This document shows positions 1 to 9,512 of a stretch of 64,000 nt of DNA, one piece after another. The position numbers and the translations under genes were made by a program. Within the stretch, counting starts at the first letter, position 1. Each line of letters opens with the position of its first letter. A model generated the notes under the pieces. The model was given only the letters and a program-made list of their open reading frames with translations. It ran no database searches and was not told where the DNA came from. The stretch comes from Thermodesulfobacteriota bacterium (GTDB lineage: Bacteria; Desulfobacterota; Desulfobaccia; Desulfobaccales; 0-14-0-80-60-11): assembly GCA_040757175.1 (NCBI GenBank), contig JBFLXM010000004.1:15023-79022 (forward strand). Direction: 5' to 3'.

Positions 1-478
1 GAACTATAAGGTCGATGTGCACCGCCTGGTGCAACGGGCAGAAATAGAAACTGCTGAAAATGGTTGTTCTTGCAGTCAATGACTCATGGAACAACTGTAA
101 AGTTGATTTACTTAAGGCGCCGAGAAACTTGTCAGTAACCGAAAGAAGAACATCCCCTTTTTTATTCAATACCAAAATATTATCATAATCGTATAATGAT
201 AGTATTGTTTGCAGTCTGGATGCCAGGTTTTTTTTATCTGGTTCAGTAATATTTGCTTTAAGCATAAAAGACTTAATTATTGCCAATTGTGAAATTACAT
301 AAGCATCGTTCATGCGCTCCTTACGCCATTCGCTAATTTGGCTACTTTTAAGATCGGCGATGGAATCCAACGCATCTTCCCAATTTTTCTCCGTAAGCCT
401 TTTCTGATTGCCGTACCACCAGAATCCTCCGGCTATGATTAAGGCTGAAAATATTACAAATAAAACTAACACGAACAT
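1..478 (-). CDS. Membrane-anchored sensor-type protein, N-terminal part only (gene runs off the left edge)
   Basis: This gene is absent from the ORF track because no stop lies in the window. The reverse strand reads ATG(478) MFVLVLFVIFSALIIAGGFWWYGNQKRLTEKNWEDALDSI..., one hydrophobic helix followed by a soluble region typical of kinase or cyclase sensor N-termini. The segment is low in GC. Confidence 0.45.
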   Translation of the reverse strand, partial: MFVLVLFVIFSALIIAGGFWWYGNQKRLTEKNWEDALDSIADLKSSQISEWRKERMNDAYVISQLAIIKSFMLKANITEPDKKNLASRLQTILSLYDYDNILVLNKKGDVLLSVTDKFLGALSKSTLQLFHESLTARTTIFSSFYFCPLHQAVHIDLIV

Positions 479-1451
479 CGTATTGTTTGGTTTTTGATCA
501 ATGGCAACCATTAGTTCTTACCACCTCATTACTAAAAGGCAGACATATCGGCAGAAGCTCACCGGAGATTCCCGCCTGACTCTTAAGACTCACCCGCCTG
601 GCTCAACCATGTTAGGGGGAGAAGGCGAACTCCGGGACTGGAACCGGCCAAAACCAAACGGCACGCGGTGGTACACAATTGGTCTTATCTCCCGCAGGGG
701 AACCATATAAGATCCAAGTAAATAAATCTTTACTCATTAATCTTCTATCGGCCGGTGCAAGGTTTTCTTAAGGGCTTTCCCCAGAGGATGCCGGAAGTGT
801 GGAACCGACCTGTCCCTGGAGGAAGCAGCCGCAGGTTTGGCAGCGATGACCTTGGCGCTAAGGCCGCGTGGCGAATAGTGGCGGTTTGGCGCCGGGCCGG
901 GGGCCGGAGCAGGCCGGCGGGAGAACGCCGCAAACACCGCGGGGCAGATATCCGCTTTCCCGTAAGGGTCGGTCATCCCGGTCATGGACGAACCCAGCCT
1001 TTCTTGGAAAGGGCTTATTAGAGAAAGATTGCAGGGTTTGTCTAAATGGTGGGAAGCCCACAGTACCTCCCCGCCACTCAGAGAATAATTTCCTACAATA
1101 TTTTATTTAACCAAAATTTTAGGCATCGACTCCGGTCCAGTCAAGGGGACTGGGGCCGCAACCTTTTTTCCTGCCCGGTGATTCTTCCAAGAGTAATAAT
1201 TCCCGAGGCCCGGGGGGACCTCCCAGCCTGCCTGAGGGCCCCAAAGGTGGTGGCCAAAGCTGCCGCAAAATTTATGATTGAACAAACCACGAATTGTGTC
1301 GATGTAACAATTAATGGCAGGAATTCTTTGGCGCCAATCCCGGAAGCCGCCAATCCTCCAAATTTTGGGACATCTGTCTCCTCCGGCCTTATGGTGGCGG
1401 GGCAGAGGGAACTCTTCGGCAAAAAGGTTTGTTTGCCTTCTGTAGGTTTCC

Positions 1452-2678
1452 ATGAAAGCGATGGCCATGGACCGAAAGTCTCTGCATGTGCTGGTGATCG
1501 AAGACAATCCGGACGATATGCAGTTACTCCGTCGTTATTTTCAAAAAACCTCCTTTGCGCGGCTGGCACTCCAGCATTGTGAACGGCTCGCGGATGGCCT
1601 GAAACTCCTGGAAGAAAAAAATGGACAGATCGATGTCATTCTCCTTGATCTTGGATTACCCGATAGCTGCGGCCTCCACACCTTCATCAAGGTCCACCGG
1701 CATGCCCCCAAAATTCCCATTATTGTCCTCTCCGGCCAAAATGATGAAAATCTGGCAACTCAGGCCGTCCGGGAAGGGGCCCAGGATTATTTGGTGAAAG
1801 GAAAATTTGATGGGGACCTGTTGGTGCGGTCCATGCGTTATTCCCAAGAGCGGATGAGAACCGAAGAGGCGTTGCGCCTGGCCAGGGATGAACTGGAAAC
1901 CAGGGTGCTGGAACGCACTTCGGAACTTGCCCGGGCTAATACGGCTTTAAATGAGCTAATCGCCGAAGTCGTTCAAGCTGAAGAGAAGGTGCGCAACTCC
2001 CTGGAGGGGGTCATTCAAGTTCTCTCCATGATCGTCGAAATTCGGGATCCTTATACTGCCGGGCATCAGAAAAGCGTCGCGGACATCGCCCAAGCCATGG
2101 CCCGGTGTATGGGCCTGGCGGATGAGAGAATCGAAGCCGTCAGATTGGCCGCCACCGTGCATGATCTCGGAAAAATTTCGATACCCAGCGAAATCTTGAC
2201 CAAGCCGGCCAAACTTAATGAACTCGAGTTAAGCATGATCCGGCTTCATCCCCAGGCGGGTTATGAGATTTTGAGTAAAGTGGATTTCCCCTGGCCCCTG
2301 GCCCAAATCGTCCTGCAGCATCATGAAAGAATAAACGGCTCCGGGTACCCCCAAGGTCTCGCCGGAGCGGATATTCTCCTGGAAGCCAAAATTATCGGGG
2401 TGGCCGATGTGGTGGACGCCATGTGCTCCCACCGCCCTTACCGGCCGGCCCCTGGCATTGATCAAGCTTTGGCGGAAATCCGCCGGCATAAAGGCATCCT
2501 CTACGATACCCAAGTGGTGGATGCCTGCCTGCAACATCTTGGAGAAGAGAGTCAGGGTTTGCGGCAATCTCCAAAGGATTTTTCCATTGCACTTCCTGGG
2601 GCGCCTAAGAGGGGGGTTCTGCCAGGAAAAGAAACGGGTTATGGGAGAGAGCAGCGAAAAGGGGTCCTGACTGCCTAA
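1452..2678 (+). CDS. Response regulator with receiver domain fused to an HD-GYP domain (RpfG-type, likely c-di-GMP phosphodiesterase)
   Basis: The receiver signature is VLVIEDNPDD...ILLDLGLPD...K. The HD-GYP signature is HDLGKISIP ... HHERINGSGYPQGL. Alternative ATG starts lie at 1461 and 1467. Confidence 0.85.
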   Translation: MKAMAMDRKSLHVLVIEDNPDDMQLLRRYFQKTSFARLALQHCERLADGLKLLEEKNGQIDVILLDLGLPDSCGLHTFIKVHRHAPKIPIIVLSGQNDENLATQAVREGAQDYLVKGKFDGDLLVRSMRYSQERMRTEEALRLARDELETRVLERTSELARANTALNELIAEVVQAEEKVRNSLEGVIQVLSMIVEIRDPYTAGHQKSVADIAQAMARCMGLADERIEAVRLAATVHDLGKISIPSEILTKPAKLNELELSMIRLHPQAGYEILSKVDFPWPLAQIVLQHHERINGSGYPQGLAGADILLEAKIIGVADVVDAMCSHRPYRPAPGIDQALAEIRRHKGILYDTQVVDACLQHLGEESQGLRQSPKDFSIALPGAPKRGVLPGKETGYGREQRKGVLTA

Positions 2679-2916
2679 GCCAGCCTGGAGGCCTCCAGGG
2701 GCTGGGCTAAGACTCATTTCAACCTTATACCTGGCCGGCGCCTTTTATCCCCTTGGCTATCTCGGGTGCGACGGTCTCCAGGTCCTTCAAGCTTCACCAT
2801 ACCGCCGCAACAGACACCTATGCATAAACTGCGTTTTTGGAGACGTGGCCAAAGCAGCCGTATAATCGGAGATAATGAAGCAACCTGAGCGATCTGCTCT
2901 GCTCCGGAACTTATTA

Positions 2917-3016
2917 TACCATGTTCGCATTGTAGGGGCGGGTTTTAAACCCGCCCCTACAAGTGATATCAATATGTTAGCATGTTAGTTTGTTTCATTT
3001 CAAAGCGAACATGGTA
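2917..3016. mobile_element. MITE family C, copy 1 (100 bp; ends TACCATGTTCGC...GCGAACATGGTA; TSD TTA)
   Basis: It is near-identical to 35387-35486 and is flanked by TTA (2914-2916) and TTA (3017-3019). It contains the hairpin GTAGGGGCGGGTTTTAAACCCGCCCCTAC. Confidence 0.75.
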
Positions 3017-3030
3017 TTAAATCTGCATAA

Positions 3031-3064
3031 GAGGCCGGGGGCTATTCCCCAGGCCTCCTTTTTG
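3031..3064. terminator. GC-rich hairpin, possible bidirectional terminator between the HD-GYP gene and the end of the hdr/fdh operon
   Basis: The hairpin is GAGGCCGGGGG-CTAT-TCCCCAGGCCTC, followed by CTTTTTG on the + strand. On the - strand it lies 8 nt after the stop of 3072..4340. Confidence 0.45.
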
Positions 3065-3071
3065 ATTAAAT

Positions 3072-4340
3072 TTATTCTTCCAGGATCAGGGCATCCGCCA
3101 GCATCTCCCAGATGTACTTCACTTCGATGTCCAGGTTGAACTTGGGTTTCAGGTTCTTCATGATCTGGTCCCGGCAGTTGGAGCAGCCGGCGATGACCAG
3201 GTCCGCGCCGGTGTCCCGGATATCTTGGGCCTTGAAGCCGCCGTGCTCCGTCTTTTCCTTCTCGAAGGGCCCCGGCCAGTTGCCGGAACCCGCGCCGCAG
3301 CAGTAGCTCTCCAGGCGGTTGTGGGGCATCTCCCGGTAATTGTTCATGTCCATCAGGTAGGACAAAATCTTCCGGGGCTTCTCCAGGTTGGAGCCGTCCC
3401 CGAAGGTCAGGTAGACCGAGCGCATGTGTTTACAGGAGTCGTGCCAGGTGACGATGCGGCCCGCGTGCACGCCCTTGTCCACCTTGAGGCGGCCTTCCTC
3501 CAGCCACTTGAGCAGCACGTCGAAGAAATAGACGTAATTGTGGCCGGTCTCCGGGCCGAACTCGTGTTTGAAATGTTTTTCCAAATTGATCCGGGTGCCG
3601 TAGGAAGCGCCGCCGCAGTCCGGGAGGATCAGGGTTTTGGCCTGGAGGCGCTTCATGTTCTCCACCTTGCGCCGGGCGATTTCTTTAGATGCCTCCATGT
3701 TGGCGGTGAAGATGCCCCAGTCCACCGACTCCCAGTTCTTGGCGGAGGTGGTCCAGTTCACCTTGGCGGCATAGAAAATCTTCCACCACCACTTCATGTC
3801 GTCGGGTTCGGCGTAGGCCTCTTTGGAGTTCTGGAAATGGAGATAGTCCGCGCCCACCTTCTCCACCGGGGTGACGAAGCCGGGGCAGCACTCCTCGGCC
3901 AGCTCCTCCCCCAATTCCTCCAACAGAGTGACGTAGTCGTCCTCGGGGATGCCCATGTTGTTGCCGGTCTTCAGCACCATGTCCACGCCCTTGTGGAGGA
4001 TGCCGGGCACCTTCTCCCGGGGCCGGGCCGCCTTGGCCGCCATCCACACCTTCACCAGCTTCACCCCCATGGGGCAGCCGATTTCGCAGCGCTGGCAACC
4101 GGTGCAGAACCAGACGAAGCGGGAATCGATGACCTCCTGGTCCATGCCGAACGCGGCCATGCGGATGACCTTGCGGGCGTCATACCCTTCATCCTTGCTG
4201 CTTTCCATGCCGGTCAAGGGGCACCCCCCGGAACAAGTGCCGCAAGTGAAACAGGCCTGCATATGGGATTCGGAAAGAATGTCGCGAAAAATACTTTTCT
4301 GCCGCCTTGCGGCCAGATTGCTAAGATCCAGAGATTCCAT
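3072..4340 (-). CDS. HdrD-like iron-sulfur protein (HdrC-type 2x[4Fe-4S] fused to HdrB-type CCG domains)
   Basis: It carries CFTCGTCSGGCP and CTGCQRCEIGCP ferredoxin motifs, plus the CCG-type motifs CCGAGSG and GCSNC. The RBS AAGGAGGAAA lies 7 nt upstream of the ATG. Confidence 0.8.
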   Translation of the reverse strand: MESLDLSNLAARRQKSIFRDILSESHMQACFTCGTCSGGCPLTGMESSKDEGYDARKVIRMAAFGMDQEVIDSRFVWFCTGCQRCEIGCPMGVKLVKVWMAAKAARPREKVPGILHKGVDMVLKTGNNMGIPEDDYVTLLEELGEELAEECCPGFVTPVEKVGADYLHFQNSKEAYAEPDDMKWWWKIFYAAKVNWTTSAKNWESVDWGIFTANMEASKEIARRKVENMKRLQAKTLILPDCGGASYGTRINLEKHFKHEFGPETGHNYVYFFDVLLKWLEEGRLKVDKGVHAGRIVTWHDSCKHMRSVYLTFGDGSNLEKPRKILSYLMDMNNYREMPHNRLESYCCGAGSGNWPGPFEKEKTEHGGFKAQDIRDTGADLVIAGCSNCRDQIMKNLKPKFNLDIEVKYIWEMLADALILEE

Positions 4341-4403
4341 AAAGTATTTCCTCCTTGGGGTTTGCTGGTCGGATTGTCATTGGGATTAGTATCCACCGCG
4401 CAT

Positions 4404-6443
4404 TCATGCGGCCAACTTCTCCACTTTTACTGCGCAGACCTTGAATTCCGGGATTTTGGCCACCGGGTCGCAGGCCGGGTTGGTGAGAATGTTGGCCGCG
4501 GTTTCCGCAAAGTGGAAGGGGATAAAGACCACCCCCCGGTCCACCTTGCGGCTCACTTTCGCCTTGATTTTGATCTCGCCCCGGCGGGAACTGACCTGAA
4601 CCCGCTCTTCGTCCTCAATTCCCAAGGCCAGGGCGTCTTCAGGATTAACCTCCATATAACCCTCCGGCAATTCGTGATGCAGGGAGGGCGAGACCCGGGA
4701 CATGGTGCCGGAATGGAAATGGACAAAGGAGCGCCCGGTGCTGAGAAGCAAGGGGTAATCCGCGTCTTCCACTTCCGCCGGCGGCTGATAATCGATGGCC
4801 TGAAAAAGCCCCTGGCCCCGGGTAAAACGATCTTTGTGCAGATAAGGCGTCCCGGGATGCTCCGGGGTGGGGCAGGGCCACTGCAACCCCTCGGCCTGGA
4901 GCCGTTCGTAGGTCATCCCCGCATAGCTGGGGGTGAGTCGGCGGATTTCCTCAAAAATCTCTTCCGCCCCGGCATAATTCATGGGGTACCCCAAGCGGGT
5001 GGCCAGGTCTTGGGTTATTTGCCAATCCGGCCGGGATTCCCCCACCGGCGGGATGGCCTGGCGCACAGGCAGCACCCGCCGTTCCGTGTTGGTGAAAGTG
5101 CCGCTTTTCTCCGCAAAGGAAGCCCCCGGCAGAACCACCTGGGCCAACTGCGCGGTTTGGGAGGGGAAGATGTCCTGGACCACCAGGACTTCCAGCTTTT
5201 TCAAAGCCGCTTCCGCATGGCGAAGGTCCGGTTCGGTCACCATGGGATTCTCTCCGACGATATAGAGGGCCTTGATCTTACCGGCCTCGATAGCGGGAAA
5301 CATGTCCGTGAGGGTAAGCCCTGGTTGTTTGGGGAGCTCCCGGCCCCAGGCCTGGGAGAACTTGGCGTTGGCCGTTTCATCGGCCACCGGCTGGTAGCCG
5401 GAAAAGACGTTGGGCAAGGCCCCCATGTCGCAGGCACCCTGGACGTTGTTCTGGCCCCGGAGGGCGTTCACCCCGCCCCCGGATACGCCGATATTGCCGG
5501 TGAGCATGGCCAGGTTGGCCAGGGATTTGACGTTGTCCACCCCGGTGGTGTGCTGGGTGATGCCCATGGAATAGACGATGGCGGAGGGCTTATGAGTGGC
5601 GTAGATCTCCGCCAGACGCCGCAGCTTCTCGGGCGGAACCCCCGTGATAGCCGCCACTTTGTCGGGAAGGTATTCCTCCAGTTTGGCCGCCAGGGCTTCA
5701 AAGCCCTCGGTGCGTGCAGCGATATATTCGCTATCGTGCCAGCCTTCTTTGACAATGATATGCATCAAGCCATTGATCAGGGCCACGTCGCTCCCCAGCC
5801 GTTGCTGCACCGCCAAATCCGCCATGTGCGATAGTTGAATCCAACGAGGATCGGCCACGAGCAGCCTGGCGCCGTCGGCCATGGCCCGAAAGATCCACTT
5901 GGCGGCGATGGGGTGGGCCTCGGTGGTATTGGAGCCAATGACCAGGATCGTCTTGGCGTTTTTCAGGTCCACGATGGAGTTGGTCATGGCCCCGGAACCG
6001 AAGGCCGCAGCCAGGCCCACCACGGTGGAGGCGTGGCAGAGACGGGCGCAGTGATCAATGTTGTTGGTGCCAAGGACCGCCCGGGCGAACTTATTCAGGA
6101 CAAAGTTCTCTTCATTGGTTACCTTGGCGGAAGCCAGCACCTGCACCGCATCCGGTCCATGCCGGTCTATCACTTCCTTCAACCCCTGGGCCGCCGCGGT
6201 TAGGGCTTCATCCCAGCTTACGGGGGCCAATTGGCCATTTTTCCGGAGCAGCGGCTGCGTCAGGCGCTGTCCGCTTTCCACGAACTCATGGCTGCTCCAG
6301 CCTTTTAAACACAAGCTTCCCTGGCTGACCGGGTGCGATTTCACCGGCCAGGAGCCGACCAGGCTCTCGTCCAGGACCTCCAGCAAAATGCCGCAGCCGC
6401 AACCGCAATAGGGACACGTCGTATGAGTGGTACGTAAGTCCAT
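4404..6443 (-). CDS. fdhA: Formate dehydrogenase catalytic subunit (molybdo/tungstopterin), Cys-type, cytoplasmic, copy 1
   Basis: The N-terminal [4Fe-4S] motif is CPYCGCGCG. The active-site region is IDHCARLCHAST, with Cys rather than TGA. It has molybdopterin oxidoreductase length and C-terminal domain, and no Tat signal. The RBS is TAGGAGGAG. Confidence 0.85.
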   Translation of the reverse strand: MDLRTTHTTCPYCGCGCGILLEVLDESLVGSWPVKSHPVSQGSLCLKGWSSHEFVESGQRLTQPLLRKNGQLAPVSWDEALTAAAQGLKEVIDRHGPDAVQVLASAKVTNEENFVLNKFARAVLGTNNIDHCARLCHASTVVGLAAAFGSGAMTNSIVDLKNAKTILVIGSNTTEAHPIAAKWIFRAMADGARLLVADPRWIQLSHMADLAVQQRLGSDVALINGLMHIIVKEGWHDSEYIAARTEGFEALAAKLEEYLPDKVAAITGVPPEKLRRLAEIYATHKPSAIVYSMGITQHTTGVDNVKSLANLAMLTGNIGVSGGGVNALRGQNNVQGACDMGALPNVFSGYQPVADETANAKFSQAWGRELPKQPGLTLTDMFPAIEAGKIKALYIVGENPMVTEPDLRHAEAALKKLEVLVVQDIFPSQTAQLAQVVLPGASFAEKSGTFTNTERRVLPVRQAIPPVGESRPDWQITQDLATRLGYPMNYAGAEEIFEEIRRLTPSYAGMTYERLQAEGLQWPCPTPEHPGTPYLHKDRFTRGQGLFQAIDYQPPAEVEDADYPLLLSTGRSFVHFHSGTMSRVSPSLHHELPEGYMEVNPEDALALGIEDEERVQVSSRRGEIKIKAKVSRKVDRGVVFIPFHFAETAANILTNPACDPVAKIPEFKVCAVKVEKLAA

Positions 6444-6456
6444 AAAATCGCTCCTC

Positions 6457-6918
6457 CTAAACCGCCTCCGCCCTTGGTTGGGTTGCCAGCCAGGCGGCCC
6501 GGGCTTCCCGTTTCACCGGGTTGGGCCCCAGCTTGAGGGCCCGCTCGTGCATTTCCTTACAGACCTGGGCAAATTTGGGACCCTCCCCGGAACTGACATG
6601 GAACATCTCCAGGCGTTCCGGTTCGATACCTAAGGCCGCCAGGTCATTTTTCAATTTGTTGACCTTCTTCTTGGCCCGGATATTCCCGGCCAGGTAATGG
6701 CAGTCTCCTTCGTGGCAGCCGGAAAGGAAGATCGTGTCGAACCCCAACTCCAAGGCCTTGAGGACATGGAGAATGTCCACCCGCCCGGTGCAGGGCACCA
6801 TCATGATCCTGATTTCCGGGGGGTATTGGAGGCGCATGGCGCCTGCCAGGTCGGCCCCGGCATACGAACACCAACGGCAACATATACCCAGTATCCTGGG
6901 GAACTCCGGTTCTTTCAT
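6457..6918 (-). CDS. mvhD: MvhD/FlpD-like (methyl-viologen-reducing hydrogenase delta subunit family) [2Fe-2S] electron-transfer protein, copy 1
   Basis: It has the family motifs CCRWCSYAGADLAG...QYPP..R...VPCTGRVD...GCHEGDCHY. The RBS is GGAGGGAG. Confidence 0.85.
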   Translation of the reverse strand: MKEPEFPRILGICCRWCSYAGADLAGAMRLQYPPEIRIMMVPCTGRVDILHVLKALELGFDTIFLSGCHEGDCHYLAGNIRAKKKVNKLKNDLAALGIEPERLEMFHVSSGEGPKFAQVCKEMHERALKLGPNPVKREARAAWLATQPRAEAV

Positions 6919-6940
6919 TTTTTCTCCCTCCGTTTATTTT

Positions 6941-7405
6941 TCAGGCTGCGTTACCGGCAGCGGATTGCCGGGCCAGCCAGGCGGTTCTAACCGCCCGGCG
7001 CACCGGATTAGGCCCTAACCGGTAGACCCGCTCCGTCATTTCCTTAGCAATCGCCGCGAATTTGGGGCCTTCCGAAGCGGACACGTGGAACATTTCCACC
7101 CGCTCCGGCTCCAGGCCCACTTCCTTGAGAATTTCCTTCATCCTTTCAACCCGCTTGCGGGCGTAAAGGTTGCCGCTCACATAATGGCAATCCCCTTCAT
7201 GGCAGCCCGAAACAAAGACCGCATCCGCCCCGGCCTCGAAGGCTTGCAGCAGGTGGAGGATGTCCACCTTCCCGGTGCAAGGCTCCATGATAATCCTGAC
7301 TTCCGGCGGATATTGCAGGCGCATGGCCCCCGCCAGGTCCGCGCCGGTATAGGAACACCAGCGGCACAGGAAACCCACAACCTTGGCAGAATATTCAGTG
7401 TTCAT
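6941..7405 (-). CDS. mvhD: MvhD/FlpD-like protein, copy 2
   Basis: It has the same motifs as copy 1 (LCRWCSYTGADLAG, GCHEGDCHY). The track start at 7426 is a GTG; the ATG at 7405 (MNTEYS...) has GGAGGA 5 nt upstream and is preferred. Confidence 0.85.
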   Translation of the reverse strand: MNTEYSAKVVGFLCRWCSYTGADLAGAMRLQYPPEVRIIMEPCTGKVDILHLLQAFEAGADAVFVSGCHEGDCHYVSGNLYARKRVERMKEILKEVGLEPERVEMFHVSASEGPKFAAIAKEMTERVYRLGPNPVRRAVRTAWLARQSAAGNAA

Positions 7406-7446
7406 AGGTCCTCCAACGGTAACCACCGAGGGTTGAAATCAGCGGC

Positions 7447-9480
7447 TTATGCCGCTTTGCCCAAATTAACCGCACACACCTTGTATTCCGGGGTTTTCGT
7501 GACCGGGTCCAGGGCCGCGTTGGTCAGGCGGTTGGCGGCGTTCTCCAGGTAGTGCATGGGAATGAAGACCACGCCGGGCTTCACCGCTTCGCTGACCCGG
7601 GCTTTCACCTCAATGCTGCCCCGGCGGCTGCTGGCCCGGATTTTCTCTCCCGATTCGATCTGCAGACGCTCGGCGTCCAGGGGATTGATTTCTATGAAGA
7701 CCTCGGGGTTTTCATGGTGCAGGGTGGGGCAGCGCCGGGTCATGGTGCCCGTGAGATAATGCGAAAAAAGCTGCCCGGTGGTCAGCCAGAAGGGGTAATC
7801 CGGGTCCGGGGACTCCGCGGGCGGACGGTAATCGATGGCTTGAAAGAGTCCTAACCCCCGCGTGAACCTATCTTTGTGCAGATACTGAGTGCCGGGATGG
7901 TCCGGAGTGGGGCAGGGCCAGCAGAGTCCCGCCGCGTCCAGCCGGGGGTAGCTCATGCCCCCATAGGCCGGAGTCAGGCTGGCCATCTCATCAAAGATTT
8001 CCTCCGCGGAACGGTACTTCATTGGATAACCCAGGCGGGTGGAGAGTTCCGGGATGATCTCCCAGTTGTGCTTGCCGGGAATGGGAGGAATAGCCTCCCG
8101 CACCCGCTGCACCCGGCGTTCCGAACTGGCGAAGGTGCCGTCCGTCTCCGCAAAGGAGGCGCCGGGAAGCACCACGTGGGCCAGGGCCGTGGTGGAAGTG
8201 GGGAAAATATCCAAAACCAGCAGGAATTCCAGGGATTCCAGGGCCTCCTGCACCCGGTTGGCGTTGGGATAGCTCACCACCGGGTTGGCCCCAAAAACCA
8301 CCAGACCTTTCACCTTGCCTTGATGGATGGCCTCGATCTGCTCCACCATGGTGAGTCCCGGAGCGCCGGAGAGTTTGACATTCCAGGCTTTCTCGAACTT
8401 TTCCACACATTCCGGCGCGCTCACGTATTGATAGCCGGGGAAGGCATTGGGGAGAGCGCCCATGTCGCAGGCCCCCTGCACGTTGTTCTGGCCCCGGATG
8501 GGGTTGACCCCGGTGGAGGGCCGGCCGATCTGGCCGCAGAGCATGGCCAGGTTGGCCAGACTCTTGACGTTGTCCGTACCGGTGCTGTGCTGGGTGATGC
8601 CCAAGACGTAGACAATGGCGCTGGCCGGGGATTTGGCGTACCATTCGGCCATTTTGACGATATCCCCAGCGGCTACGCCGGTGATCTCCGAGACCCGTTC
8701 GGGGGGAAACTGTTCAATCATCTCCACCAGCGCAGGGAAATTTTCCGTGCGCTCCTCGATAAACGCCTGGTTGTGCCAGCCGTTCTGGTAGATGACGTGC
8801 ATCAGGCCATTGATCAGGGCCACGTCCGTCCCCAGGTTCTGCTGCACGTGGAGATCGGCCAACTGCGCGATCTGGGTCTTCCGGGGATCGGCCACTATCA
8901 GCTTGCCGCCGTTGGCCTGGGCCCGCATCAGGCGTTTGGCCGCGATGGGGTGGGAGACGGTGGTGTTGGAGCCGATCACCAGGAGGCACTTGGCCTGTTC
9001 CAGTTCCGCAAAGGAGTTGGTCATGGCCCCGCTCCCGAAGGAGACGGCCAGGCCGGCCACCGTGGGGGCGTGGCAGAGACGGGCGCAATGGTCCACGTGG
9101 TTGTGGCCGAACACGGCCCGGGCGAATTTCTGAAAGATATAGGTCTCTTCGTTGGGGCAGCGGGCCGAACCCACAAACACCACGCTCTCCGGCCCATAGG
9201 TATTTTTTAGCCTGGTCAATTCGGACGCGGCGTAATCATAGGCCTGGTCCCAGGTGGCTTCCCGCAAAGAGCCGCCTTGACGGATGAGAGGCTTGGTGAG
9301 GCGGTCGGGATGCTGAATGAATTCATGCACACTCCAGCCCTTGATGCAGAGACTCCCCTCGTTCGACGGCCCGCTCTTGGCAGCCAGGGTGTTGATGATC
9401 TTTCCGTCGAGCACCTCGAAGATAAAATTGCACCCCACCCCGCAATAGGGGCAGGTGGTGAGAACCGAGCGAAAATCCAT
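7447..9480 (-). CDS. fdhA: Formate dehydrogenase catalytic subunit, Cys-type, cytoplasmic, copy 2 (diverged paralog of 4404..6443)
   Basis: It has CPYCGVGCN and VDHCARLCHAPTV, and is colinear with copy 1 with many substitutions throughout. The RBS is GAGGAG. Confidence 0.85.
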   Translation of the reverse strand: MDFRSVLTTCPYCGVGCNFIFEVLDGKIINTLAAKSGPSNEGSLCIKGWSVHEFIQHPDRLTKPLIRQGGSLREATWDQAYDYAASELTRLKNTYGPESVVFVGSARCPNEETYIFQKFARAVFGHNHVDHCARLCHAPTVAGLAVSFGSGAMTNSFAELEQAKCLLVIGSNTTVSHPIAAKRLMRAQANGGKLIVADPRKTQIAQLADLHVQQNLGTDVALINGLMHVIYQNGWHNQAFIEERTENFPALVEMIEQFPPERVSEITGVAAGDIVKMAEWYAKSPASAIVYVLGITQHSTGTDNVKSLANLAMLCGQIGRPSTGVNPIRGQNNVQGACDMGALPNAFPGYQYVSAPECVEKFEKAWNVKLSGAPGLTMVEQIEAIHQGKVKGLVVFGANPVVSYPNANRVQEALESLEFLLVLDIFPTSTTALAHVVLPGASFAETDGTFASSERRVQRVREAIPPIPGKHNWEIIPELSTRLGYPMKYRSAEEIFDEMASLTPAYGGMSYPRLDAAGLCWPCPTPDHPGTQYLHKDRFTRGLGLFQAIDYRPPAESPDPDYPFWLTTGQLFSHYLTGTMTRRCPTLHHENPEVFIEINPLDAERLQIESGEKIRASSRRGSIEVKARVSEAVKPGVVFIPMHYLENAANRLTNAALDPVTKTPEYKVCAVNLGKAA

Positions 9481-9512
9481 ATATCAATCTCCTCATTTGC
9501 GGCCGTAAAGGC

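Noticed and set aside
501-1582. ORFs in the 970-bp gap before the response regulator: 501-710, 737-985 (minus strand, decent GC3), 755-1021, 868-1110 and 1046-1582. A hairpin CCAGTC-AAGG-GACTGG lies near 1133-1170.
   Set aside because: The ORFs mutually overlap, their translations are low-complexity, and none has a recognisable family or convincing RBS. 737-985 might be real, but I cannot support it. A tRNA-like look of 630-660 did not fold into a cloverleaf.
2787-2972. Small ORFs lying inside repeat elements: 2787-2972 (LVGAGLKPAPT), 23018-23224, 29907-30137, 46486-46704, 48509-48988, 20207-20491 and 27829-28011.
   Set aside because: Their coding frames are produced by MITE, REP or heptamer sequences that recur in several orientations and frames. 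These are classic spurious repeat-derived ORFs.
3225-5834. An 869-aa + strand ORF. Similar very long antisense ORFs occur at 7876-9210, 12213-13991, 35460-37394, 38376-39512, 42963-43781, 45411-46610, 21029-21859, 23384-24136 and 26117-26980.
   Set aside because: They are shadow ORFs on the strand opposite clearly recognisable genes (fdhA, hdrA, groEL, mltD, ispB, EF-G, the kinase, accC, the autotransporter). Their translations are low-complexity and G/A/P/R/H-rich, typical of high-GC antisense frames, and show no family motifs.
4404-9480. Possibility that the two FdhA genes are selenoproteins.
   Set aside because: Both frames are uninterrupted, and the active-site residue in ARLCH is encoded as Cys. 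There is no in-frame TGA.
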